A stretch of 63,577 bases of DNA, counting the filler, from Candidatus Rokuibacteriota bacterium (lineage in GTDB: Bacteria; JAUVQV01; DATDCY01): the NCBI GenBank assembly GCA_031406795.1. It is 7 parts of 7 records of this genome, joined end to end, with 100 filler letters (N's around TTAATTAATTAA, not from the genome) between each part and the next. Parts side by side here need not be neighbours in the genome. Positions count along the whole stretch, not along the records: positions 4,637 to 17,967 come from JANOHV010000158.1; positions 18,068 to 36,356 come from JANOHV010000198.1; 5 more parts are not named here. One strand, 5' to 3'. This document shows, piece after piece, positions 9,156-18,616 of this stretch. A program made the translations under genes and the position numbers. How positions within the stretch are numbered: the stretch's first letter is position 1; each line of letters begins with the position of its first letter. A model generated the notes under the pieces. It made no database searches and had not been told where the DNA came from. It saw only the letters and a list, made by a program, of their open reading frames with translations.

Positions 9156-9797
9156 ATGCGCCGCGCTGCGATCGCCACGCTCCTCGCCGTACTGATGCTT
9201 GGTGGTCCGTCGCCGGCGCAGTCGGCCGACGACGCGCTCTCCCTCTGGCGCGAGAACCGGCGGCTCGCGGCGGAGACGGTGCTCGCCGCCACGCCGAAGC
9301 CCTACTTCGAGCTCGACCTGGAGCAGCGCCGCATCCTGCTGAAGACGCGCGGCCTGGTGCTCTTCGACCTCCCCGTTCAGGAGCAGGGACTCTGGGGTCG
9401 GCGGCTGGCCGTCGGCCCGACGTCCGTGGTGCGGCGCGACGCGCTGGCGCGCCCGGCGGTCGCGATCGGGGATGAAAAGACCCCGGAGTCGCTCGACGAC
9501 CAGCTGCTCGAGCTCGCCGACATGCCGACGACCTACCGGCTGGGGCTGGCCGGGGAGGTCGAGGTCGAGGTGCTGCCGCTGGCCGCCGGTCGCTGGCCGC
9601 TGTTGTTTCGGCGGCTCGGCCTCGGGAGCTGGCAGTTGGTGCGGCGGCGGCTGCTGCGGCCGCTGGTCACGCTGCGCGAGCGTCGCGCGCGCCACGAGAC
9701 CACGGCGATCTTCCTGGTCCTGAAGCCGGAGGACGCCCAGCGGCTCTACTGGACATTATTCGAGGGCCTCGACGGCATCCTGATCCCACCCCGTTAG
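9156..9797 (+). CDS. Exported hypothetical protein, possibly a degenerate YkuD fold without catalytic His/Cys
   Basis: Signal peptide; YFELDLEQRRILL..G and LKPEDAQRLYWTLFEG resemble the two ends of YkuD domains; contains no Cys. Confidence 0.6.
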   Translation: MRRAAIATLLAVLMLGGPSPAQSADDALSLWRENRRLAAETVLAATPKPYFELDLEQRRILLKTRGLVLFDLPVQEQGLWGRRLAVGPTSVVRRDALARPAVAIGDEKTPESLDDQLLELADMPTTYRLGLAGEVEVEVLPLAAGRWPLLFRRLGLGSWQLVRRRLLRPLVTLRERRARHETTAIFLVLKPEDAQRLYWTLFEGLDGILIPPR

Positions 9798-9939
9798 GCC
9801 CGGGTCATTCAGGAGGCCCTGATCCGCCCAGGCGGCGTTACCGCTCGCGTCGCTTGTGCGGCGCACATGAGTGCGCCTCCGCGCGCGCTACGCGGCTGCC
9901 TTGCCAGGACGAATCATGACGCTCCTGACTGACCCGGGC
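9798..9939 (+). repeat. Structured intergenic element, family B copy 2
   Basis: Terminal IR GCCCGGGTCATTCAGGAG / CTCCTGACTGACCCGGGC; core GCGTT..GCTTGTGCGGCG-hairpin-CGCCTCCG..GCCTTG. Confidence 0.7.
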
Positions 9940-10097
9940 AGCACGTTTACGAAAGCCTGTGCCGAGGTGCGAGCTGGTCGTGCACGTCGCCCATCGCTAC
10001 GCTGGGGCTGAAACAATCGAGTTCGGGCCGGCAGCGCAGACGCACCTGCGGAGGGAGGGCCGCCGCACCGCACGTGCACGATCCCGTCCGCTTCTCC

Positions 10098-10126
10098 TTG
10101 ATGGTCCGGACGCGGTGGGGTAGCAT
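10098..10126 (+). promoter_or_regulatory. sigma70-like promoter of the sensor kinase (leaderless)
   Basis: TTGATG-17 nt-TAGCAT-7 nt-ATG(10134). Confidence 0.5.
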
Positions 10127-10133
10127 CCCCGCC

Positions 10134-11564
10134 ATGGCTCGCGTCCCCTTCCGCTTTACCCTCCGGTTCAAGCTCGTCGCGATGATGCTGCTGCTCTCGC
10201 TCGGGCTGGTCACCACCCTCGTGCTGCTTTATTACCAGTCCGAAAAGGTCCTCTACAACGAGTTCGAGCGCCGCACCTCCGAGCTCTCCCGGGCCATCCA
10301 GTTCGGCCTCGAGGAGGTCAGCGGCAGCGGCCCGCCCGACGAGAAGCGCCTCGAGGCCTACCTCAAACGGCTCAACCCGAAGGGGGTCCGGGAGATCTCC
10401 ATCATCAACACGACCGACCGGATCGTCGCCAGCACCGACCCAAAGAACGTCGGCAAGTACATCACCCAGAGCAAGAAGGAGCTGATCTTCCAGGCCGAGC
10501 TGGGGCAGCCGCTGAAGAGCGAGGGGCAGGTCTACAACGTCACGCTGCCGGTGATCTCGGGCGGCAAGCAGCTCGGCTACGTGAACCTGCGCATGAGCGC
10601 CGAAGACTTCGACCTCTTCCTGCGGACGAGCATGAAGCGCCGGATCGCCGCCGCGCTCGTCGTCTTCGCGCTCGGGACGATCGTCGCGGTCTACCTTGCG
10701 GGCCGGTACACCGCCCCCGTCGAACGGGTGGTGCGCGCCGCCGGCGCCGTGGCTGCCGGCGATCTCTCCGCCGAACTGCCGGTGGACCGGCGCGACGAGA
10801 TCGGCGCGCTCGCCCAGAGCTTCAATTACATGGTCGGGCGCCTGCGCGACGAGCGCGACCTGCGCGAGCGGCTGCGCAAGGCGGAGCACCTGGCGGGCAT
10901 CGGGCAGTTTTCCCAGAGCATCGCCCACGAGATCCGCAACCCGTTGAACTTCATCAGCCTCTCGATCGACCACCTGCGCGAGTCCTACCCGCCCACCGAC
11001 CCCGCGGAGGCCGCGCAGTTCAACACGCTCTGCGAGAACATGAAGAAGGAGATCCAGCGGGTCAGCCGTTTCGCGCAGAGCTTTCTGGAATTCGGCCGAC
11101 CGCTCGAGCTCAACCGCCGCGCGGTGGCGCTCGAACCGCTCCTTGAGGGGGTTCTCTCGCTGGTTTCCGCCAAGGCCGAACACGAGCGGATCGCGGTCGT
11201 GCGCGACTTCGAGACGCTCCCCGAGCTTGAACTCGACCCGGATTTCATCCGAACCTGCATCTACAACCTGATTCTCAACGCTTTCCAGGCGATGTCCGGC
11301 GGTGGTACCCTGACGCTACGCACCCGGGAGCTGTCCGGGACCCTGGCCCTCACCGTGGCCGACACGGGGATGGGGATACCGAAAGAGAAGCTCGCCAAGG
11401 TGTTCGACCCGTTCTTCACCACCAAGACCGAAGGCCTCGGGCTAGGGCTGGCACTGATCAAGCGCGTCATCGAAGAGCACGGCGGACGCGTGAGCATCGA
11501 GAGCGAAGAGGGGCACGGGAGCGCGGTGACGCTGCACCTGCCGCTCGGGAAAGCGGAGGCGTAG
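10134..11564 (+). CDS. HAMP-domain sensor histidine kinase (NtrB/AtoS-like)
   Basis: 2 TM, HAMP (RRDEIGALAQSFN), H-box AHEIRNPLN, N/G1/F/G2 boxes. Confidence 0.93.
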   Translation: MARVPFRFTLRFKLVAMMLLLSLGLVTTLVLLYYQSEKVLYNEFERRTSELSRAIQFGLEEVSGSGPPDEKRLEAYLKRLNPKGVREISIINTTDRIVASTDPKNVGKYITQSKKELIFQAELGQPLKSEGQVYNVTLPVISGGKQLGYVNLRMSAEDFDLFLRTSMKRRIAAALVVFALGTIVAVYLAGRYTAPVERVVRAAGAVAAGDLSAELPVDRRDEIGALAQSFNYMVGRLRDERDLRERLRKAEHLAGIGQFSQSIAHEIRNPLNFISLSIDHLRESYPPTDPAEAAQFNTLCENMKKEIQRVSRFAQSFLEFGRPLELNRRAVALEPLLEGVLSLVSAKAEHERIAVVRDFETLPELELDPDFIRTCIYNLILNAFQAMSGGGTLTLRTRELSGTLALTVADTGMGIPKEKLAKVFDPFFTTKTEGLGLGLALIKRVIEEHGGRVSIESEEGHGSAVTLHLPLGKAEA

Positions 11565-11568
11565 CGGC

Positions 11569-12942
<1,374 letters not shown>

Positions 12943-12978
12943 CCGTGCGAGCTCCGGGGCCGGGATTCGTCTGCGTGC

Positions 12979-13176
12979 GCGAGGCGACGGGGGCGTCCCT
13001 TCGGTCGTGCGTCTGCGCCGCCGGCCCGGAACCGTGCCCGGAGCTCGCGGACTCGTAACTCGCCCTTCGGGCTCAAACAACGAGCCCGCGTTTCCTGCGG
13101 AAACCGCCCCGGGCCTGGTTCCAGGCTGATCGGCGGCTCCGCGCATCTTCCCTCAGGGACGCCCCTGCCGCCTCGC
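12979..13176 (+). repeat. Rod-like structured repeat, family A copy 2
   Basis: Same invariant 35-nt core; stems carry compensatory changes relative to copy 1. Confidence 0.85.
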
Positions 13177-13259
13177 TGAAGCAAGTGCCGATGAGCCGGT
13201 TGTTGGCGGCTGCCGGGGTGATGCGCAACTCCGTTCGGGTACAGGAGTATCATCAAACG

Positions 13260-16200
13260 ATGAGCGTTTGGCGCAGGATCTTCGTGGTTCTGATTGCCGG
13301 TTCCGTTGGGCTGTGCCTCGCGCACGGTCCCGCCGGGGCGGCCGCGTACTCGCCCTGGTCCTACTTCGACAAGACTCGCGGTCTCGCGGAGAACACCGTG
13401 CAGGCGATTGCCCCGGACGGCGAGGGGGGGCTGTGGATCGGCACGCGCGGCGGCTTGAGCCATTTTGACGGGACACTCTGGCGGACGCTGACCGTCGCCG
13501 ACGGACTTCCCGATGACGACGTGCACAGCCTCGCCCCTGAGGCGGACGGGCTCTGGGTCGGGGCGGGAAACGGCTTCGGCCGCATCAGGGACGGACGCTG
13601 GGGCCGCCTGGGGCTTCCCGATTCCTCGACGGGCCGGCGCGGAAGGGTGGTCGTGGTAACGGACCGCACCGGGGTCAGCTGGCTCGGCCATACGGGCGGC
13701 CTGCTGCGCTTCGATCGCGCCGCGGGGACTCTCGAGCCGGTTGCGGAAGTCGCGGGGCAACCGGTCGGCGCGCTGCTCGTCGACCGCTCCGGGCGCTTCT
13801 GGGCAGGCGTCGGCGGTGATTTGTGGCTGCGCGAGGGGGAGGCGTGGCGGCGGGTCGAGGAGGCCTCCCGGCTGCCCTGCGGAGCCGTGACTGCGCTCTT
13901 CGAGGACGCCAGCGGCACGGTCTGGTGCGGCGGCGAGCGCGGCGTGGCGGAGTTCGACGGCTCCTCCTGGCGCCCGGCCCGGCTCGGCGTCCAGGTTCCG
14001 GCGACCGCCGTGACCGCACTGGCCGAGGACGGCGAGGGCCGCCTCTGGGTCGGGACCAAGGCGGGTGCGGGGTACTCGGACGGCTACGAGTGGCACTGGT
14101 TCACTTCCGACTCGGGGTTGCCGGCGGACGAGGTGCTCGCGCTGGCCGCCGATCGCAACGGTTCGATCTGGATCGGCACCACGCGCGGGCTCGCCCGCTT
14201 CGACACCACCTGGTCCGTCCCGGCCGTCACCCAACGCGAGGGGGTCTCCCCGCGCGCGCCCCTGTTCCTCGGCAGCGACGGCTCGCTCTACATCGGCGCG
14301 GAGCAGGGATTCATCGTCCTGCGGGGTCGCGCGGTCGAGACGGTTGGGGCGCGCGAGCACCTCGACGGGCGGGTGCGCTGCTTCGCCGAGGGTGCGGAGG
14401 GGGATCTCTGGGTGGGGACCGACCACGGGCTGGTGCGCTACGACGGCTCCGTGCGCGAGCAGCACCTCCCCGAGGTGAAGTCGGTCATGGTCGAGCGCGA
14501 TTGGGGTGCCGTGGAGGCCGTCCAGGTTTCCGTCTGCGACCGGACTCACGGGCTGACCGATGCCGCCGTGACGGCGCTCGCCACCGATGCGGAGGGCGGG
14601 GTCTGGGTCGGCACCGCGCGGGGATTGAGCCGACTGCACGAGGGGGCGTGGACCTGCCCGCCGGAGGCCGGCGCGGCGGGTGTCGGCCCACAACGGGACG
14701 CCGTTGCGGCGCTCGAAACCGACCAGCGCGGGCGCCTGTGGACCGGGACGTCCAAGGGGCTCTGGGCGCTCGAGGACGGATCCTGGCGGCGGTACGGGGT
14801 GGACGACGGCCTGGCCGCCGACACCGTGACTGCTCTTCTGGCGGACCGCACCGGTCGTCTCTGGGTGGGGACGGAGCGGGGGCTCAGCCGCCTGCAGGGG
14901 GATTCCTGGGTGTCCCTCGGCTCCCGTCAGGGGCTCGTGAGCGACCGGGTGCTGACGTTGTTCGAGGACGCGGGCGGCCGGGTCTGGATCGGCACGCAGG
15001 AGGGGGTGTCCTATTTCGACCACGATCTCTGGGGCGGCTTCGGCGAGCAGGACGGGCTGCCGTCGTCCCGGATCGAGTCGATCGCCGAAGTCGACGGCAC
15101 GCTCTGGTTCGCTGCCGAGGATCGCCTGAGCGTCCACCGCCCCGACCGCTCGCCGCCCCGGACCCGGATCACCAATGCGCCGATCGGACCGCTTGCCGCG
15201 CCGTCCTATGTCTTCGAGCTAGCCGGCGGCGACCTTGAAACACCGCCCCGACGCCTGCGCTACTCCTGGCGGATCGACGGCGGCCCTTGGTCGGGCTGGT
15301 CCGCCGAGACGCTGGCGAAGGTCACCGATCTGGTGAACGGCAGCCATCTCTTCGAGGCGCGCTGTCTCGATGCGGAACTCAACGTGGACCCGACGCCCGC
15401 CGCGGTCAGCTTCGAGGTCAACACCGGTCTCTTCGACCTGGAGCTGGTGGAGGCCTCCTTCGGCCCGCTCTATGCGTCGCTCTACCAGTTCTACGCGAGC
15501 GACCCGGAGTACGCGCGGCGCCCGGCCGGGCTCGTGCGGGTCCGCAACCGCTACGACCGGCCGCTGCGCGTCAAGATCAGCGCCTTTCTCCCCGAACTGA
15601 TGGATTTCCCGACCGACGCAGTCGTGAGCATCCCCGCCGGCGAGACGGTGCGGGTGCCGCTGCGCGTGGAGCTGAGCGACCGCGCCCTCGATCTCGAGCG
15701 CACCGAGTCGCGCCAGTTGCGTCTGACGCTGCAGTACGCCATCGAGGGCGAGCGCAAGGAGTCCGAGAGCACGCACGCGGTGACCGTCATCGAGAAGCAC
15801 GGGATGGCCTGGGAGGAGCCCGAGCGCATCGGCCTGTACGTGACCCACCTCGACGACGCGGTGGAGCGCTTCGCGCGCGACACCGTGCGCGGCTTCCGCG
15901 AGGACGAGCGCGGCGCGATCGTCTACGACAACCTGCTGCGCGCGATGGAGTTGTTCGACGCGCTGGCGGCCTACGGCGTGCGCTACGTCCCTGATCCCGG
16001 GAACCCCTACGGCGGGATCGTCCCCGGCCGGCCGGTGCTCGACACGGTTCGCCTGCCGCGCGAGACGCTGCGGCTGCGCTCCGGCGATTGCGACGACCTG
16101 GCGGTGCTCTACGCGGCGCTGCTCGAGAACATCGGTATCGACACCGCGCTGGTCGACCTCTACGACCACGTCTTCGTGATGTTCGACACCGGTCTGACGG

Positions 16201-16913
16201 CGCGCAGCCTCGATCAGCTCGCGCGCGATCCGGGCCTGCTGCGTGTCGATGCCCGCGGGCGGGTCTGGGTCCCGGTCGAGGTCACCCTGGTCGGGGGCTC
16301 CTTCAGCGATGCGTGGGAGTCGGCGGCCGCGACGCTCGCAACCCGGCCCCACGCGGTGATCGAACTGCGCGAGGCCTGGAAGAAATATCCCCCGCTGCGA
16401 CCGCGCGAGCCGGCGCCGGACATCAACGCCCCGCCGACGGCGGCGGTGCGCGCGCTCTTCGCCGAGGACCTGCGCCGGCAGGAGGAAGCGCTCACGAGTC
16501 CCCGGATGCGCGAGCTGGCGCAGCGGATCGCGCTCGAACCGCAGGATGCCGTGGCGCTCAATGCGCTCGGGGTGCTGCTGGCCCGCCATGGCTATCTCGG
16601 CCGCGCCGCGGCGCACTTCGAGCGCGTGATCGAGCTGCTGCCCGATTTCGCCGGCGGGTATGGCAATCTCGGCAACATCCTGTACGAGCAGGGGAAGTAC
16701 CCGGAGGCGGTGCGCCGGTACGAGGAGGCGCTCGCCCGGGCGGAGCGGCCCGAGGTCCACGTGGAACTGGCGCTCACCTGGTGTGAAGTGGGGAAGTTCG
16801 ATCGCGCCCGCGAGCACTACCAGCGGGCGATGCAGATCGACCAGTCACGTGCCCCCGCACCGGTCGGAGCTCCGGCCGGGGACCGGATCGGGGGCGGGAC
16901 GGGGTCGCCGTGA
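13260..16913 (+). CDS. Exported multidomain protein: regulator-propeller repeats, Y_Y_Y/Ig-like domain, transglutaminase-like domain, TPRs
   Basis: Signal peptide; many D..G.LW.GT..GL repeats; YSWRIDGGPW..L.NG.H.FEAR; GDCDDLAVLYAALLE..HVF..WVPVEVT; C-terminal TPRs. Confidence 0.82.
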   Translation: MSVWRRIFVVLIAGSVGLCLAHGPAGAAAYSPWSYFDKTRGLAENTVQAIAPDGEGGLWIGTRGGLSHFDGTLWRTLTVADGLPDDDVHSLAPEADGLWVGAGNGFGRIRDGRWGRLGLPDSSTGRRGRVVVVTDRTGVSWLGHTGGLLRFDRAAGTLEPVAEVAGQPVGALLVDRSGRFWAGVGGDLWLREGEAWRRVEEASRLPCGAVTALFEDASGTVWCGGERGVAEFDGSSWRPARLGVQVPATAVTALAEDGEGRLWVGTKAGAGYSDGYEWHWFTSDSGLPADEVLALAADRNGSIWIGTTRGLARFDTTWSVPAVTQREGVSPRAPLFLGSDGSLYIGAEQGFIVLRGRAVETVGAREHLDGRVRCFAEGAEGDLWVGTDHGLVRYDGSVREQHLPEVKSVMVERDWGAVEAVQVSVCDRTHGLTDAAVTALATDAEGGVWVGTARGLSRLHEGAWTCPPEAGAAGVGPQRDAVAALETDQRGRLWTGTSKGLWALEDGSWRRYGVDDGLAADTVTALLADRTGRLWVGTERGLSRLQGDSWVSLGSRQGLVSDRVLTLFEDAGGRVWIGTQEGVSYFDHDLWGGFGEQDGLPSSRIESIAEVDGTLWFAAEDRLSVHRPDRSPPRTRITNAPIGPLAAPSYVFELAGGDLETPPRRLRYSWRIDGGPWSGWSAETLAKVTDLVNGSHLFEARCLDAELNVDPTPAAVSFEVNTGLFDLELVEASFGPLYASLYQFYASDPEYARRPAGLVRVRNRYDRPLRVKISAFLPELMDFPTDAVVSIPAGETVRVPLRVELSDRALDLERTESRQLRLTLQYAIEGERKESESTHAVTVIEKHGMAWEEPERIGLYVTHLDDAVERFARDTVRGFREDERGAIVYDNLLRAMELFDALAAYGVRYVPDPGNPYGGIVPGRPVLDTVRLPRETLRLRSGDCDDLAVLYAALLENIGIDTALVDLYDHVFVMFDTGLTARSLDQLARDPGLLRVDARGRVWVPVEVTLVGGSFSDAWESAAATLATRPHAVIELREAWKKYPPLRPREPAPDINAPPTAAVRALFAEDLRRQEEALTSPRMRELAQRIALEPQDAVALNALGVLLARHGYLGRAAAHFERVIELLPDFAGGYGNLGNILYEQGKYPEAVRRYEEALARAERPEVHVELALTWCEVGKFDRAREHYQRAMQIDQSRAPAPVGAPAGDRIGGGTGSP

Positions 16914-16999
16914 GGGTGGTACACTCCGGGCAGGGTACCGTCCCGGAGGGGGTGAAACCGGGGGATGCCGCCACGAAGCGCGGCGAAAGGGGGAGGGAC

Positions 17000-17464
17000 A
17001 TGGGACGCAGGGCATGGTTCGTTGCAGCAGCGATTCTGGCGGTGATGGCGAGCGGGTCCGTCGCGGTCCGGGCGGAAGGTCCGATGCCGCTCGGGATCGT
17101 GGTCGCCGTCACGGGGAACGTGGAGGTCGGCCGCGACGGGGTCTGGCAGCCGGCGGTGGCCAAGCTCCATCTCTTCGAGGGGCAGACGATCCGCACCGCG
17201 GCGGCCGCAGGCGTCGAGATTCTCTTCGAAGGTGAGGTTCCCGCGAAGCTCGGCGAGAAAACCGAAGTTGCGGTGGTCGACCTGCTGCTGATGGCGCAAC
17301 TCGAAAAAGCCAAGGCGAAGATCGGGGCGCCGGCGGGCAGCACGAAAGCCACGCTCGAAGTCACGCCGCTGACGGGCGTGCGCGGCACCGAGAAGACCGA
17401 GGAGAAGGCCGGGGAACTCAAGCGCGAGCACTACTGGAACGAGAACGCGCCCGCCGCGAAGTAG
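17000..17464 (+). CDS. Small exported protein, FecR-like N-terminal region
   Basis: Signal peptide; G.VEV..W......L..G..IRT pattern and GVRGT motif. Confidence 0.55.
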   Translation: MGRRAWFVAAAILAVMASGSVAVRAEGPMPLGIVVAVTGNVEVGRDGVWQPAVAKLHLFEGQTIRTAAAAGVEILFEGEVPAKLGEKTEVAVVDLLLMAQLEKAKAKIGAPAGSTKATLEVTPLTGVRGTEKTEEKAGELKREHYWNENAPAAK

Positions 17465-17468
17465 CGGC

Positions 17469-17967
17469 ATGGTCAAACCTTCGGTGGGGCGGGGTCTGCT
17501 GCGCTCCGCCCTGCTCGGGCTGCTGGTCGCGACCCTGGCGGTGCTCGTCAACGGCACGGAGCTCTTTCGCGCCTTCGAGTTGCGGACTGTCGATTTGCGC
17601 TTCCGGCTGCGCGGCTCCCGCCCCGTCGCCTCGCCGCTCGCGGTCGTTTTCATCGGCGAGGACAGCATCGCGGCCTACGGGCGCTGGCCGTGGAGCTGGG
17701 ACTACCACGCCCTGCTCGTCGACGCGCTCAAGCGGGCCGGCGCGCGACTGGTGCTCTTCGACATCCTCTTCGCCGAGGCCCCGTCGCGCCTCGACGAGCG
17801 GATGCTCGCGGGTGCGGCGCGCAAGGCCGGGAACGTCCAGTTCATCTCCTCGTTCGGGAAGCTCGTGCCGCCCGATCCGTCGGCGGACGACCGGCTGCTC
17901 ACCGGAAGCGCGCGGACCGAGCCGCGGGGGGGGGTCCGCGCGCCCGCCCCCCGCCACGGGCCCGCCC
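17469..17967 (+). CDS. CHASE2-domain sensor protein, 3'-truncated by contig end
   Basis: ELRTVDLRFRLRG, GRWPW, GARLVLFDILFAE. Confidence 0.85.
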
Positions 17968-18086
17968 NNNNNNNNNNNNNNNNNNNNNNNNNNNNNNNNN
18001 NNNNNNNNNNNTTAATTAATTAANNNNNNNNNNNNNNNNNNNNNNNNNNNNNNNNNNNNNNNNNNNNCGGTTCGAATTCTTTGCAA

Positions 18087-18447
18087 TGGTGGAGGAGACG
18101 GGAGTCGAACCCGTGTCCCGAAATCTTCGGCCAGAACGTCTACAGGCTTGTCCGGTGTATTTATCTCTCGGCCCGTCTCCTACCCACCGGCAGGAAAGAT
18201 CGACAAGCCCAACCCGATTTAATCTTGCCTCCGGCCCCCCGGGTGAGGTGCCTTTGGCCAGCCCGTATAGTCGACGGCCCTACCCTGCGCTACAGGCGCC
18301 GCAGGAGAGCCGCTCGCGGGTACTAAGCCGCGAGAGCGTAATCGGTGTTGGCGATTACTGTTTTTCTCAGTTTTTTTACGAGGTTCCGAGAAAACCTCGG
18401 CCTGCTGCCCTGACCTCAACTATCCCGGTCGAAACCGTTTCTCCCCC
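18087..18447 (-). ncRNA. ssrA: tmRNA; tag (A)ANTDYALAA* at 18352-18323
   Basis: 5' GGGGGAG pairs with 3' CTCCTCC-ACCA with G3-U; T-arm ACGGGTTCGACTCCCGT; tag frame ends ALAA. Confidence 0.95.
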
Positions 18448-18477
18448 AGGTCGAGCGAGGTCATCCAACACGCCCGT

Positions 18478-18506
18478 AATATAGTGCCACCCGGGAGATT
18501 GCGCAA
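18478..18506 (-). promoter_or_regulatory. sigma70-like promoter of ssrA
   Basis: TTGCGC-17 nt-TATATT, about 30 nt upstream of the mature 5' end. Confidence 0.55.
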
Positions 18507-18616
18507 GCCCGCCGGCCGGGGAACGCCGCCGACCCAGCATTTCCCAGGGATTTGCGGACGATCTTGCGGACCGCAATCTTGACAACCCGGCCCATCTCAA
18601 GAAGCATTAACGCAGG

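Noticed and set aside
17910-17967. G/C-run low-complexity tail (also 4637-4680)
   Set aside because: At contig ends; likely low-quality sequence
18087-18120. tRNA gene
   Set aside because: This is the tRNA-like 3' domain of tmRNA
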